Counted from the first letter of the stretch, positions 28,139-41,205 are shown. The stretch is 54,864 nucleotides of DNA from a bacterium (GCA_030531905.1 JAUNMG010000007.1:1-54864), one strand, 5' to 3'. The notes: generated by a model from the sequence alone, not told the origin. Made by a program: numbers and translations.

Positions 28139-29341
28139 TACAAAGAAACTAATAGTAATGAAAAAACTATACATGATGATTTTAATAATTTAAAAGAATT
28201 AGCAGAAAATTTTCCTGATAATGATAAAATTCAAAAAAAATTAATAGTAATAAGTAAACAGATAACTGAATATATAAAAGAAAAAAATTATGAGGAAGCA
28301 GAGAGAATAGCAAAAAAATTTCCAAACAATGAGGTGATACAAGGACAATTAATTACCATATATATGAAACAAGAAGAATATGATGAAGCAATTGAAATAG
28401 CAAAAAAATTTCCAAACAATGAGGTAATACAGGGACAATTATTAAATATCCGATTCTGTATTAATGATTCAAAAGAATTTCCTACTGAAATAAAAAATAT
28501 AAGAAGTAAACTATCCTTAGGAAAAGTATCTTATATGGACATAGAAACTTTAGATAACAATAAAGATAAAATTTCTGCCAATGATTATATATTAATTAAA
28601 CTTGCTATATATGACAAAATGGGATATAAAAAACAAGCAACTAGTATTTTAAAAGATGATACTATGCTTGATGCTGATATTAAGAAAAAATTAACTTCAT
28701 ATTTAGAAAAGAAAAGAGCAATTTTTGATTTAAAAAAGTGGGATATTTTAATTGGTTGGTCTAGTGATTTAGATGAATATCAGAAAAATGAAAAAGAACA
28801 AGAATTGAATAAAAGTAGTGAACAGGAAAATTACAAAGAAGCTAATAGTAATGAAAAAACTGTTCATGATGATTCTAATATCACACATACTACAAGTAAA
28901 TCTTCACCCTTACAGGCAAATAAAACAAAAACTAACCAGATACCGGTTAGTCTAAAAAATGTAAGTAAAATATCAAATTCTCCATATTCTATAAAAAAAT
29001 TATCTCAGAAAAAGCAGATTAGTACTACTAATAATAGTAGTAAAGATACAATTTATGATCATTTAAGTTACGACTATAAAGAAAAAGTTTTTGAATTAAA
29101 AGTACAATATTATGCTGATATGGGAGTATCTGATACAAGAGAATCTGCAATATATAAATATGATAGATTAGAAGATATTCTTGTATCTAAACCTAATCAA
29201 AATAATTTGGAGTTACTATTACTTATGCTTGTTGGTGATATGAATATTAATATAGAAAAAGAATATCCTAAGGAGTATCCTAAAATATTACAAAGAATAA
29301 AAGATAAGAAGACAGAGTGTAGAAATAGTGAAAATAATTAA
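27566..29341 (+). CDS. Chimeric hypothetical protein: duplicated sigma-region-4-like module, TPR-like 30-aa repeats, unknown C-terminus
   Basis: N-terminus identical to the tail of the sigma gene; IAKKFPNNEVIQGQL repeated at 30-aa spacing. Confidence 0.7.
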   Translation: MAGKYQTIYEYLNDYTKEQIDEMLEKLSDEEKALVLARYGEDLNNPVFGKLSKQQRDRFYGALVPKMKKLLSNSNNNIKEKSEKIEPKEDTISNQEKQEEKLPTKENSPVKTNVETITKSDYIEMLELLKTPIFNKMKDVLTIKETVIISLKFGYIDEKYFSNKAIAEFLGIEQNEVIEILKKALLLYKENYKETNSNEKTIHDDFNNLKELAENFPDNDKIQKKLIVISKQITEYIKEKNYEEAERIAKKFPNNEVIQGQLITIYMKQEEYDEAIEIAKKFPNNEVIQGQLLNIRFCINDSKEFPTEIKNIRSKLSLGKVSYMDIETLDNNKDKISANDYILIKLAIYDKMGYKKQATSILKDDTMLDADIKKKLTSYLEKKRAIFDLKKWDILIGWSSDLDEYQKNEKEQELNKSSEQENYKEANSNEKTVHDDSNITHTTSKSSPLQANKTKTNQIPVSLKNVSKISNSPYSIKKLSQKKQISTTNNSSKDTIYDHLSYDYKEKVFELKVQYYADMGVSDTRESAIYKYDRLEDILVSKPNQNNLELLLLMLVGDMNINIEKEYPKEYPKILQRIKDKKTECRNSENN

Positions 29342-29425
29342 ACCGATATTTAATATCGGTTATTTCTTTGAAAAAAGGACAAATATATGTTATAATTTAC
29401 TAGATTTAAAAAGTGAGATGATTAT

Positions 29426-30043
29426 ATGGAAAAAAGCTTGTTTAAAGGAAGTAAAAGTTTAAAAGAAAAGAAAAAAATAATAATGAAAAAACTGGAAGAA
29501 TGTATTAATATAAATGATAGTATACTAGAAAAAGGAATTAAAACATTAAACTCTATTGATGAAACTGATACTAGATTTAATTGTTTATTGAATAAGATTG
29601 ATAGATGTGTAGATAAAAGAAAAAGTAGTCCTGTAAAAATGAAGTTTTTATTAGTGACTACAATAATATATAAAGATTATTTAAAAGAATACTCAAATGA
29701 ATCTATTCTTACTCTTGCATCTACTGCTTTTTCTTCAGCAAGTTATGAAGATATTGAACTTCATCTAGGAGATTTTGTCCCAAAATATAATGATAAATTT
29801 TTGAAAGAAATTTATAAAAGACAAAAAGACTTTGAGAGTATTTTATATGATTTAACCGCTATGGATATGATTTATGATAATCTTCTAGATAAATCAAGAA
29901 TAAGTAGGGAAGAAAAGAATAATATGTTACTTAAAATATATAAGGCAATGTCAAACAAAGAGGTTTTTGGTATAGAAAATAAGATATATGAAAATACATG
30001 TAACAATATGGAACAATATGAAACTAAAAAGATGAGGAGATAA
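29426..30043 (+). CDS. Hypothetical protein
   Basis: 205-aa ORF with sigma-A-like promoter (TTGAAA...TGTTATAAT); ends TKKMRR. Confidence 0.65.
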   Translation: MEKSLFKGSKSLKEKKKIIMKKLEECININDSILEKGIKTLNSIDETDTRFNCLLNKIDRCVDKRKSSPVKMKFLLVTTIIYKDYLKEYSNESILTLASTAFSSASYEDIELHLGDFVPKYNDKFLKEIYKRQKDFESILYDLTAMDMIYDNLLDKSRISREEKNNMLLKIYKAMSNKEVFGIENKIYENTCNNMEQYETKKMRR

Positions 30044-30049
30044 TTAGTT

Positions 30050-31075
30050 ATGAAAACAGAAGATTTTGATTATAATTTACCAGAAGAATTAATTGCACAA
30101 ACACCTTTAAAACAAAGAGATTCTTCTAGACTTATGGTGCTAGATAAAAATAGTGGCTCCATAGAACATAAACATTTTACTGATATAATAGATTATTTAG
30201 AAGCAGGTGATACTTTGGTTTTAAATAATACTAAAGTTTTACCAGCAAGACTTATTGGGGAAAAGAAAGAAACAAAAGCAGTGATTGAAATTCTTTTACT
30301 TAAAAATATTGAAAATGATGATTGGGAATGTTTGGCTAAACCAGCAAGAAGAATCAAAGTAGGAACAGTTGTAAGTTTTGGAAATGGACTTTTAAAAGCA
30401 AAATGTATAAAAGAACTTGATGATGGAATTAGACATTTTACCCTAATTTATGATGGTATTTTATATGAAATTCTTGATAAATTAGGAACGATGCCATTAC
30501 CACCATATATTCATGAAAAACTAGAAGATCAGTCTCGATACCAAACAGTTTATGCCAAAGAAGTTGGCAGTGCTGCTGCACCAACTGCTGGACTTCACTT
30601 CACTAAAGAGTTACTAAAAAAAATAGAAGATAAAAAAATAAATATTTGCTATGTAACATTACATGTTGGTCTTGGAACATTTAGACCTGTAAGTGTTTCT
30701 AATGTTAAGGATCACAAGATGCACAGTGAGTATTATCATATGAGTAAAGAAGTAGCTGAAACACTTAAACAAACTAAGAAGAATAAAAAACGTATTATAA
30801 GTGTTGGAACTACAAGTACAAGAGTTTTGGAAACAGTTATTACCAAATATAATGATTTTTGTGAATGTAGTGGATTTACTGATATCTTTATTTATCCAGG
30901 ATATAAATTTGGAGCGGTTGATGCATTAATTACTAATTTCCACCTACCAAAGTCAACTCTTGTTATGCTAGTTTCAGCTTTAGCAGGAAAAGAACATATT
31001 CTAAATGCTTACAATATAGCAGTAAAAGAAAAATATAGATTCTTCTCATTTGGTGATGCAATGTTTATAAAATAA
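30050..31075 (+). CDS. queA: S-adenosylmethionine:tRNA ribosyltransferase-isomerase
   Basis: [30 protein letters not shown]...[45 protein letters not shown]. Confidence 0.98.
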   Translation: MKTEDFDYNLPEELIAQTPLKQRDSSRLMVLDKNSGSIEHKHFTDIIDYLEAGDTLVLNNTKVLPARLIGEKKETKAVIEILLLKNIENDDWECLAKPARRIKVGTVVSFGNGLLKAKCIKELDDGIRHFTLIYDGILYEILDKLGTMPLPPYIHEKLEDQSRYQTVYAKEVGSAAAPTAGLHFTKELLKKIEDKKINICYVTLHVGLGTFRPVSVSNVKDHKMHSEYYHMSKEVAETLKQTKKNKKRIISVGTTSTRVLETVITKYNDFCECSGFTDIFIYPGYKFGAVDALITNFHLPKSTLVMLVSALAGKEHILNAYNIAVKEKYRFFSFGDAMFIK

Positions 31076-31089
31076 GGGAGAGGATACTT

Positions 31090-33389
<2,300 letters not shown>

Positions 33390-33444
33390 AACAACTACAT
33401 AAAAATTATTTGCAAACCTCTTTAACTTTATGCTATAATAAAGA

Positions 33445-33620
33445 TGTCTGAAAGATGCGAAACTGGTAACTTATAAAACCGACTAATTTGACGATACGGG
33501 AGTTCGGATCTATTACTGGTGTTGAATATCTGTATTTATACAGAGATCCTAAAGGTAATGTATGGACACCCACCTGTACATATGCAGGTTTTATCGTCTA
33601 CTAAGCCGCTCTTTTGGATT
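33445..33620 (+). ncRNA. ssrS: 6S RNA
   Basis: Promoter TTGCAA(33410)...TGCTATAAT; 5' GTCTGAAAGATGCG pairs with 3' CGCTCTTTTGGAT; Firmicute 6S-like GGGAG...CACCCACCTG...CAGGTT core; near tcdA as in Bacillus. Confidence 0.8.
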
Positions 33621-33678
33621 TTTTTGTTTGTATAAAATTTCTATATATGTTATAATAACTCTTGCTGAGGTGATGACA

Positions 33679-34503
33679 ATGTTAATAATGCCTATATTAA
33701 ACACTAATAAAAATGGTGATACTAAGATATATAATGTTGAAGTAAAATTAAAAAATGCATCAAAGGTAAGAGAAAATACATTAGTAAACGGAATTGTTGA
33801 TTCAAATGTAGTAGTTGGAAATTCATCATTTAATGATTCTATCTATAACACTAAAAATAAAGAAAATAACGTAATTGTTAATTTTATTAGAAATCATCAT
33901 TATCGTGATAAAAATAGATTTTTAGTTACAACAAGGAAACATTCTGATAATAATTATTATGATTTGTATAGTGTTGAAATGCCACCTAAAAAGGTAACAA
34001 CAGGATTAGATAATTTATATGGACAAGCCATTCTTGATATGCAGAAAGAAATACCTAATATAAAAAAGGGAAGATACATATCATTAGAAAAATTAGGTTC
34101 TGTAGATCATATAAGTGACGAAAGATTAAAAAAACTAAAGTATGTTGTTGAAAATTCAGCAGATGAATCTAATCTAGAACACCTATTATTGGCAAATAAT
34201 TTAGGAGATTTAAGTTCAACCCTTGAATTTATTAGATTGTTTGATTTTACAATTTTAGATGAAGCTACTATTTCAGAAAAACAGATAGTAGATTTACTTA
34301 AATCATTTGATATTATTTCAACTAGAGATAGTAAAAGTTTAGAAAGATACTATAAAATTGCAATTGAAAATAAGAATGCTTATAAAAAATTAAGTGTATT
34401 GAGTAGGATACTTACTAGTAAACCAATTAATTTAATTCAAAGAAATCATAATAATAAAGTTCTTATTAAAACTCAGGATAAAAGTTCAGGTAACATGGAA
34501 TGA
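33679..34503 (+). CDS. Hypothetical protein
   Basis: Start moved to the ATG after the GAGGTG RBS (the ORF-track start at 33562 lies in the 6S RNA); overlaps tcdA start by ATGA. Confidence 0.65.
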   Translation: MLIMPILNTNKNGDTKIYNVEVKLKNASKVRENTLVNGIVDSNVVVGNSSFNDSIYNTKNKENNVIVNFIRNHHYRDKNRFLVTTRKHSDNNYYDLYSVEMPPKKVTTGLDNLYGQAILDMQKEIPNIKKGRYISLEKLGSVDHISDERLKKLKYVVENSADESNLEHLLLANNLGDLSSTLEFIRLFDFTILDEATISEKQIVDLLKSFDIISTRDSKSLERYYKIAIENKNAYKKLSVLSRILTSKPINLIQRNHNNKVLIKTQDKSSGNME

Positions 34504-35192
34504 AAGAAAAAGAGTTAAATCAATTTTCTAGATTGGAATTATTAATTGGTTGTGAAAATGTAGAACTTCTAAAAAATAAGAGTGTGTTGATAGTTGGTCT
34601 TGGTGGAGTTGGAGGATTTGTTACAGAATCACTAGCAAGAAGTGGTATTGGTAATATTTCAATAGTTGATTATGATACAGTTGATATTACTAATATAAAC
34701 AGACAGATAATTGCTCTTCATTCAACTCTTGGAAAAAAGAAAACAGAACTTTTTGAAAAGAGAATTTTGGATATTAATCCTAATTGTAATGTTACAGTAT
34801 ATGATACCTTTCTAGATGAGAATAATTTTTCTAGTATAGTAAATGATAAGTATGATTTTGTTATTGACTGTTGTGATAGTGTTCCTACAAAAAAATTGTT
34901 ATTATTTGAAACTTACAAAAGAAAAATCCCTTTTATATCATCTATGGGTACAGCTAATAAAATGAATCCAAATTTATTAAAAATAGTAGATATAAAAGAG
35001 ACTATAAATGATCCTCTTGCTAGAATAATACGAAAATATGTAAAAGATATAAATATAAAAGAGAGTGTAATGGTTCTATCTTCAAGTGAACTTCCTAAAA
35101 AAAACGGTGTTAATTTAGGATCGAATTCATTTGTTCCAGCTAGTGCCGGACTATTAATATCCAGCTACGTAATCAATAATTTGATAAAATAA
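34500..35192 (+). CDS. tcdA: tRNA threonylcarbamoyladenosine dehydratase (ThiF family)
   Basis: VGLGGVGG, LARSGIG, D.D.VDITNINRQ, SSMGTANK, DPLAR, SFVPASAGL. Confidence 0.9.
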   Translation: MKEKELNQFSRLELLIGCENVELLKNKSVLIVGLGGVGGFVTESLARSGIGNISIVDYDTVDITNINRQIIALHSTLGKKKTELFEKRILDINPNCNVTVYDTFLDENNFSSIVNDKYDFVIDCCDSVPTKKLLLFETYKRKIPFISSMGTANKMNPNLLKIVDIKETINDPLARIIRKYVKDINIKESVMVLSSSELPKKNGVNLGSNSFVPASAGLLISSYVINNLIK

Positions 35193-35292
35193 TTGACATG
35201 ATTTACATTTTAATGTTAATTATTTTTTTTTTGACTATTGCTATTGATATAATTTATGGTTATAATTATATCGTAGGATGGAGGAATAAAGA

Positions 35293-35904
35293 ATGAAAGA
35301 AGTAAAGAAAAAAAATAGTGCCTTAATAGTTGCAATTGTTTTAACGTTAGTATTAGTTGCAGGGGCAAGTTATGCATGGTTAAGATTAACTAAGACATCA
35401 ACAGTTATTAATAAGATTAAAGCAGGAAGTTTGGAAATGATATTAGATGATGAAGCATCAACAGGTATTAAATTATTAAATACTGTACCAATGAGTTATC
35501 GTCAAGGAATGGCTGCTACTGATAATGAGTATACATTTACATTAGAAAATAAGGGTACAACAGATAATAATTTTACAATTTATTTAAATGATATTAATAC
35601 TTATACAACAGATAATGGAGACCAAGAAACAATTGCTAGTGGTCAAAAATTAGGTGATAATCACATTAGATTTATTTTATTAAAAGATGGAGAAGAAGCA
35701 ATTGCTAGTAATTCTAAATTACTATCTCAAGATCCAGGTAGAGCAATTGATACTGGTGTAATTAAAAGTGGTCAAAAAATCAATTATAAATTAAAATTAT
35801 GGATTGATTCTAAAGCTGGAGATAATAGTACTGAATCAGAAATAATGGGTAAAAAATTTAATGCTGGTTTAACAGTTGAGGCTTCTCAAGTTATTGGAGG
35901 ATAA
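35293..35904 (+). CDS. SipW/TasA-type signal surface protein (paralog)
   Basis: GASYAWL...INKIKAGSLEMILDD...YTFTLEN.GT...IRFILLKDGE...LWIDSKA; clear paralog of 5682/21184. Confidence 0.75.
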   Translation: MKEVKKKNSALIVAIVLTLVLVAGASYAWLRLTKTSTVINKIKAGSLEMILDDEASTGIKLLNTVPMSYRQGMAATDNEYTFTLENKGTTDNNFTIYLNDINTYTTDNGDQETIASGQKLGDNHIRFILLKDGEEAIASNSKLLSQDPGRAIDTGVIKSGQKINYKLKLWIDSKAGDNSTESEIMGKKFNAGLTVEASQVIGG

Positions 35905-35907
35905 ATT

Positions 35908-35938
35908 AAAAAATCGTTTTTATTAAAACGATTTTTTT
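35908..35938. terminator. Bidirectional intrinsic terminator
   Basis: aaaaaatcgtttt-tatt-aaaacgattttt between convergent genes. Confidence 0.7.
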
Positions 35939-36284
35939 ATATGTAAAATATTGGTTTGTTGGTAGTGGTATTATAATTACTATTGCTTGAATCTATTTCA
36001 ATATTACTACTTGTAGTATTTTTTGTATTATTATCACTGCTGCCACCATCTTTAATGGCATCAGCTATTTTAAACATTGTTTTAGCGTTACTTATAATTG
36101 GCTTAATTTGATAAACTAAAGGAATTGCTTGGTTTATAATTCCTAATCCTTTTTGAGTGTTAGATAAAATATTTCCCCAATTTATTCCTCCAGCGATTCC
36201 TCTTGCAGCAGAAGCACCACCAAATAATCTTGAAATTAAGCTTGGCCTATATAAACTTTGATATATAAATGGATTATTATACAT
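35937..36284 (-). CDS. VrrA/YqfQ family protein (sporulation-associated)
   Basis: WGNILSNTQKGLGIINQAIPLVYQIKPIISNAKTMFKI and terminal KPIFYI resemble YqfQ; ATG 36284 after GAGGTG. Confidence 0.7.
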   Translation of the reverse strand: MYNNPFIYQSLYRPSLISRLFGGASAARGIAGGINWGNILSNTQKGLGIINQAIPLVYQIKPIISNAKTMFKIADAIKDGGSSDNNTKNTTSSNIEIDSSNSNYNTTTNKPIFYI

Positions 36285-36409
36285 ATTAGACACCTCTATT
36301 ACAATATATGTATATCTTAACTAGATTGTTAAATAAAATTATTGTTTGATTATTTTATTTATGGTATACTTAATTTAGATAATAAGGAAAAGAATAGGGA
36401 GGAAAAGTT

Positions 36410-37855
36410 ATGGAAACAATGATGAAACCATTTATTTTTGTATATCATGTAGTTAGTAAGATATTAAGTTTTCCTTCCAATCTATTAAAAAAATCAAAAT
36501 TTTCTGTAGAGGAAAAGATAGAAACAGGAATTTTAGCAAAAGAAAAACAGAATAATATAATAGAAAGTAATAATATTACTAGTGATAGTCAAAACCAAGT
36601 GGATAATAATTTTTCAGGTATTGGTAAAAAAAAGAGAACGATTAAACCGCTGATTTCTTATAAATATGTGATTATAAATTCAAATAATAAAAAGATAAAA
36701 GGAACATTTGATGCTGAAAGTGAAAGTGATGTTAGAGCGTTTTTGAGTAATGAAGGATATCAAATAGTAAGTGTTGATGTTTGTAAGCCATATGACATTG
36801 AAATAGGCGGAAATGGCAAAATAAAATCTTCTTCTCTAGCATTTGCACTTACTCAGTTATCTACCTATATTAAAGCAGGTATCACTTTGGTTGATTCTAT
36901 GAGAATTTTAGCAAAACAAACGACAAGACGAAATGAAAAAAAAGCTTATGAAAGAATTATTTATGATTTATTAAAGGGAGAGGATTTTTCTACAGCTTTG
37001 GAAAAACAAGATAAGAAATTTCCTAAATTATTAGTTAATATGGTAAGAACTGCTGAAATGACTGGGGATTTACCAACTATATTGGATGATATGGCAGATT
37101 ATTATAAATCAATAGATCAAACAAAAAGACAGATGATAAGTGCTTTAACTTATCCAGCAGTAGTTTTATGTTTAGCAATAGGTGTATTGATATTTATGCT
37201 TATGTATTTAGTACCTCAATTCGTTGAACTTTTTGAAAGTCAAGATGCAACACTTCCAGCTATTACTTTATTTATAATTTCAGCTAGTAACTTCTTAAAG
37301 GCAAACTATATATGGTTATTTGTATCGATTATAGTTGTTATAGTTTTACTTTTCTATTTATATAAAAATGTTGTTAGCTTTAGAACAGCAATTCAAACAA
37401 TTCTAATGAAATTACCAGTAGTCGGAAATATTATTATATATAATGAAGTTGCAACTTTTACAAAGACTTTTGCTTCACTATTAAATCATGGTGTATTTAT
37501 AACAGATAGTATGGAAATACTTTCAAAAATTACAAACAATGAGATTTATAAAAGGATAATTAATAAGACAATTAGTAATTTAGGAAAAGGTGAGTCAATA
37601 TCTGTCTCTTTTAAAGGAGAATGGGCTTTTCCTGTAATAGCATATGAAATGCTTGTTACAGGAGAAAATACAGGACAACTTGGTTTGATGATGGAAAAAG
37701 TTGCTGATCACTTTCAAAATTTACACAAAAATTTAGTTACACAATTAAAAAGTCTAATAGAACCAATAATGATAATTATACTTGCGATTATAGTTGGAAT
37801 AATTTTAATATCAATTATTTATCCGATGTTTGATATTTATGGAAAAATTCAGTAG
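36410..37855 (+). CDS. pilC: Type IV pilus platform protein PilC / T2SS F family
   Basis: QLSTYIKAGITL, AEMTGDL, SALTYPAVVL, GENTGQL..MM.KVA, LIEP, YPMFDIY. Confidence 0.9.
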   Translation: METMMKPFIFVYHVVSKILSFPSNLLKKSKFSVEEKIETGILAKEKQNNIIESNNITSDSQNQVDNNFSGIGKKKRTIKPLISYKYVIINSNNKKIKGTFDAESESDVRAFLSNEGYQIVSVDVCKPYDIEIGGNGKIKSSSLAFALTQLSTYIKAGITLVDSMRILAKQTTRRNEKKAYERIIYDLLKGEDFSTALEKQDKKFPKLLVNMVRTAEMTGDLPTILDDMADYYKSIDQTKRQMISALTYPAVVLCLAIGVLIFMLMYLVPQFVELFESQDATLPAITLFIISASNFLKANYIWLFVSIIVVIVLLFYLYKNVVSFRTAIQTILMKLPVVGNIIIYNEVATFTKTFASLLNHGVFITDSMEILSKITNNEIYKRIINKTISNLGKGESISVSFKGEWAFPVIAYEMLVTGENTGQLGLMMEKVADHFQNLHKNLVTQLKSLIEPIMIIILAIIVGIILISIIYPMFDIYGKIQ

Positions 37856-38629
37856 GTGAGGTTAATGGAGTTAACATATATTTTGTTGTTTTTTATATTA
37901 GGTACGTATATGGGATCGTTTTATACTGTAGTTGGTTTAAGATTACCTAAGAAAGAAGATTTTATATTTTCAAGATCAAGATGTGATCAGTGTAAACATC
38001 AATTATCATTAATTGAAATGGTTCCTATACTTTCGTACTTTCTATTAAAAAAGAAATGTAGATATTGTGATAGTAAAATTAGTCCTCTTTCTACTTATAT
38101 AGAATTATTTACAGGTGTTTTATTTGCAGTATCATATTATAGTTTTTCGTTTTCATATGAATTATTAATAGCTTTAGGTATAATTTCTATGTTGATGATT
38201 ATTGTAGTTTCAGATTTAACATATCTTATAATTCCTAATGAAGTATTAGTTTTTTTCTCTATTTATTTCATTATTATTCAATTTTTATCTTTAGGGTTAA
38301 AAAATACTATAATACATATATTAACAGGATTATTCTTATTTATTTTAATGTATTTGATTATGATATTAGGAAATCATGCTTTTAAAAAAGAAAGTATGGG
38401 TGGGGGAGATGTCAAATTAATGTTTCTTTTTGGATTAGTATTAGATCCACTACTTGGGGCATTAACTATATTCTTAGGAAGCTTTTTTGCTTTACCTATA
38501 TCATTATTTCTATACTTTACAAACAAAGAAAAAATAATCCCATTTGGTCCCTTTCTAGTTATGGCTTTAGCTTTTATCTATTTTACTAAAATAGACTCTA
38601 GTATGATAATTAATTGGTTTAAATTTTAA
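37856..38629 (+). CDS. pilD: Prepilin peptidase (A24 family, PilD/ComC)
   Basis: GSF..VV..RLP, RSRCDQC, P+LSY...KKCRYC, MGGGDVKL, IPFGPFL. Confidence 0.92.
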   Translation: MRLMELTYILLFFILGTYMGSFYTVVGLRLPKKEDFIFSRSRCDQCKHQLSLIEMVPILSYFLLKKKCRYCDSKISPLSTYIELFTGVLFAVSYYSFSFSYELLIALGIISMLMIIVVSDLTYLIIPNEVLVFFSIYFIIIQFLSLGLKNTIIHILTGLFLFILMYLIMILGNHAFKKESMGGGDVKLMFLFGLVLDPLLGALTIFLGSFFALPISLFLYFTNKEKIIPFGPFLVMALAFIYFTKIDSSMIINWFKF

Positions 38630-38678
38630 GAAAGTATTACTTTCTTTTTTTCTTATTTTAGTTTATTATATAGAAAAG

Positions 38679-39992
38679 GTGAAGTTTATGAAAAAAAATT
38701 TAACAATATTACCAGCTGATACTTATACAGTTATTAATAAGACTGTATTAAGTAGTAATGATAGAAAAATTATTACAATGTTATACCAACCAATCATAGG
38801 TTATACTGCATCTAGTCTTTATTTTAGTCTAATAGATGATTTAGATAAATTAGAACTAATTAGTGATGATTTAACACACCATCACTTGATGGCAAATATG
38901 CAACTTAAACTAGATAAAATTGTAGAGGCTCGTGAAAAATTAGAGGCCATTGGACTTTTAAAAACATATTTAAGAAAAGATAGTATTAACCACTATGTAT
39001 ATTTAATTTATTCACCATTATCAGCAAATGAAATATTTAATCATCCTATCCTAAATATAGTTTTATATAATAATCTTGGTAAAATAGAGTACGATAAATT
39101 ATTAAACTATTTTAAAATTCCTAGAATTAACTTAAAAGATTACGAGGACATTACAGTAAACTTTGATGATGTATTTTCACCTATTCCTGGTAAAAGTAAT
39201 ATTGTTAATGAAGATATTATAAAGAAGGATACAAATAGCTTAATTTTAAATGAATGTATTGATTTTGATTTATTAATATCATCTATACCAACAGAAATGA
39301 TAAATAGTAGATGTTTTTCATCTGATATTAAAGAATTAATTAACTCTTTAGCATTTACATATAATATTGATGATCAAACAATGATAAGTTTAGTTAGGGA
39401 TTCAATTAATGAAAAGGGATTAATAGATAAAACAATCTTAAGAAAATCATGTCGTAATTATTATCAATTTGAGGAAGGTGGTAGACTACCAACTTTAGTT
39501 TATAATAAACAACCTGATTATTTAAAGAAACCTGAAGGTGATATGAGTAAATGGGCTAGAATGGTTTATACTTTTGAAAATATCTCTCCATATGATTTTC
39601 TAAAGGCTAAATATAAAGGCGTTGAACCAACATCTAGAGATTTAAAATTAGTAGAGAATTTATTAATTGATCAAAAACTTCAGCCAGGGGTAGTCAATGT
39701 TTTACTAGCCTACGTTTTAAAAATAAACAACCAAAAATTGAATAGAAATTATATTGAAACAATTGTTGGACAGTGGAAAAGACTTAATGTCGAAACCGTA
39801 GAAGATGCAATGAATATAACATTAAAGGAACACAAGAAATTAAAGAAGATTATGTCTAAAGATCAAAAAGTAAAACTAAAAAAGGAAAATAAAGAATCAT
39901 TACCAGCGTGGTTTGATAAAGATATTGATAAAATTAATCCAACAGATGATGAAAAGTTAGAATTAGATAATATATTAAAAGAACTTGTATAA
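38679..39992 (+). CDS. dnaB: Replication initiation and membrane attachment protein (Firmicute DnaB helicase loader, DnaD domain)
   Basis: LYQPIIG...SLY, AREKLEAIGLLKTY, GVVNVLL.YVL, YIETI...W...VETVEDA, LPAWF. Confidence 0.88.
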   Translation: MKFMKKNLTILPADTYTVINKTVLSSNDRKIITMLYQPIIGYTASSLYFSLIDDLDKLELISDDLTHHHLMANMQLKLDKIVEAREKLEAIGLLKTYLRKDSINHYVYLIYSPLSANEIFNHPILNIVLYNNLGKIEYDKLLNYFKIPRINLKDYEDITVNFDDVFSPIPGKSNIVNEDIIKKDTNSLILNECIDFDLLISSIPTEMINSRCFSSDIKELINSLAFTYNIDDQTMISLVRDSINEKGLIDKTILRKSCRNYYQFEEGGRLPTLVYNKQPDYLKKPEGDMSKWARMVYTFENISPYDFLKAKYKGVEPTSRDLKLVENLLIDQKLQPGVVNVLLAYVLKINNQKLNRNYIETIVGQWKRLNVETVEDAMNITLKEHKKLKKIMSKDQKVKLKKENKESLPAWFDKDIDKINPTDDEKLELDNILKELV

Positions 39993-40039
39993 TTTCCTTA
40001 TTTATGGTATAATATGCCCAATTAAAGGGGTAGGTTATT

Positions 40040-40531
40040 ATGAATAAAGAAATAAAAGAAAGATTAAAATCCATTATATTTATATTGGTATTCTTAAGTA
40101 TTACTACTTGGTACTGGTATGGTCCAAGAGAAGAATTAGCAAATCTTGCTGCAAACGTTTATAAATACAATAGAGAAGTTTCTATACTATCTAGTGATAA
40201 AATAAAGTTAAATAATAACTATGAATTTAAGATTCAAAATAAAACAAATAAAATTCAAAACTATGAATTAATTTTAAACAATGACTACTTTAAACAAAGA
40301 AAAACTAATTGTAAATTATTGTCAAATAATTATCTAAAATATCAATTAAATAGTGGAAGTTCTAACATTGAAGAAAGAAATTTAAGTACAGATAGTGTAA
40401 TCTATAGAGGTGTGCTTAATCCAAATGAAATAAAGGATTTTTCAATAACAATAAAATTAGATAAAGAGAATCTTAATCAAGATGATTGCTTTTATCCAGT
40501 AATAAAAACTAGTACTTACAATAAAATATAA
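40040..40531 (+). CDS. Membrane-anchored protein, distant relative of the TasA-type paralogs
   Basis: TM then YEFKIQN...YELIL..D...C..L...LKYQLN...G.L.PNE...I.LD, aligning by eye with 22573-23223. Confidence 0.55.
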   Translation: MNKEIKERLKSIIFILVFLSITTWYWYGPREELANLAANVYKYNREVSILSSDKIKLNNNYEFKIQNKTNKIQNYELILNNDYFKQRKTNCKLLSNNYLKYQLNSGSSNIEERNLSTDSVIYRGVLNPNEIKDFSITIKLDKENLNQDDCFYPVIKTSTYNKI

Positions 40532-40599
40532 ATTCTTGTAATTTATATTTTATTATGATATGATTTACTAGTCTAATAAATAAGCTTAGGTGAAGAAAA

Positions 40600-41100
40600 A
40601 TGTTTAAAGAAATTTATGAAAAAGAATTTATGTATATAATAAAAGATATATTAAATAATGATGAATTTTTGAAAACAAAAGAAAAAGTTCATCATGGTAT
40701 AACTAGATATGATCATTTAATGAGAGTATCGTATTATTCTTTTTTGATATCAAAGTTTATGAAACTAAATTACAAAGAGACAACAAGGGCTGCTCTTTTA
40801 CATGATTTTTTTATAGATGAAACTAAGGATGATAACAAAATACAAGCCTTACAAAGACATCCGATGTATGCTTTGGAAAATGCAAAAAAATACTATGATT
40901 TAACTTCCTTACAAGAAGATATTATTAAAACACACATGTTTCCTGTAACCTTTGAACCTCCTAAATATCTAGAAAGTTGGATAGTTGATTTAGTGGATGA
41001 TTTTGCAGGTGTTTATGAGCAATATAAAAGTAGCTGTAAACAGTTAAAAGCTGCATCTACATTTTTACTAATATTTATCGTTAATTTTATTCAAAAGTAA
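40600..41100 (+). CDS. HD-domain phosphohydrolase
   Basis: HHGITRYDH..RV, RAALLHDFF, HP..AL.NA, DII.THMFP. Confidence 0.85.
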   Translation: MFKEIYEKEFMYIIKDILNNDEFLKTKEKVHHGITRYDHLMRVSYYSFLISKFMKLNYKETTRAALLHDFFIDETKDDNKIQALQRHPMYALENAKKYYDLTSLQEDIIKTHMFPVTFEPPKYLESWIVDLVDDFAGVYEQYKSSCKQLKAASTFLLIFIVNFIQK

Positions 41101-41128
41101 TTGTTATCAGATAAATTCTGATACTTAT

Positions 41129-41205
41129 GTCTTCGTAGCTCAGTAGGATAGAGCAATCGCCTCCTAAGCGATAGGTCGGCAGTTCGATTCTGCCCGAGGA
41201 CACCA
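41129..41205 (+). tRNA. tRNA-Arg (anticodon CCT)
   Basis: Acceptor GTCTTCG/CGAGGAC, D arm GCTC..GAGC, anticodon arm ATCGC-CTCCTAA-GCGAT, T arm GGCAG-TTCGATT-CTGCC, encoded CCA. Confidence 0.97.

Noticed and set aside
29950-30050. preQ1 riboswitch upstream of queA or tgt
   Set aside because: Both genes are preceded directly by coding sequence and no preQ1 aptamer pattern was seen
33562-33678. N-terminal extension of the 313-aa ORF in the ORF track
   Set aside because: Overlaps the 6S RNA 3' half and its T run; a proper promoter and RBS lie just before ATG 33679
38679-39992. dnaB without adjacent dnaI as a novel replication arrangement
   Set aside because: Simple rearrangement is enough to explain it; dnaI may lie elsewhere and this cannot be judged from one window
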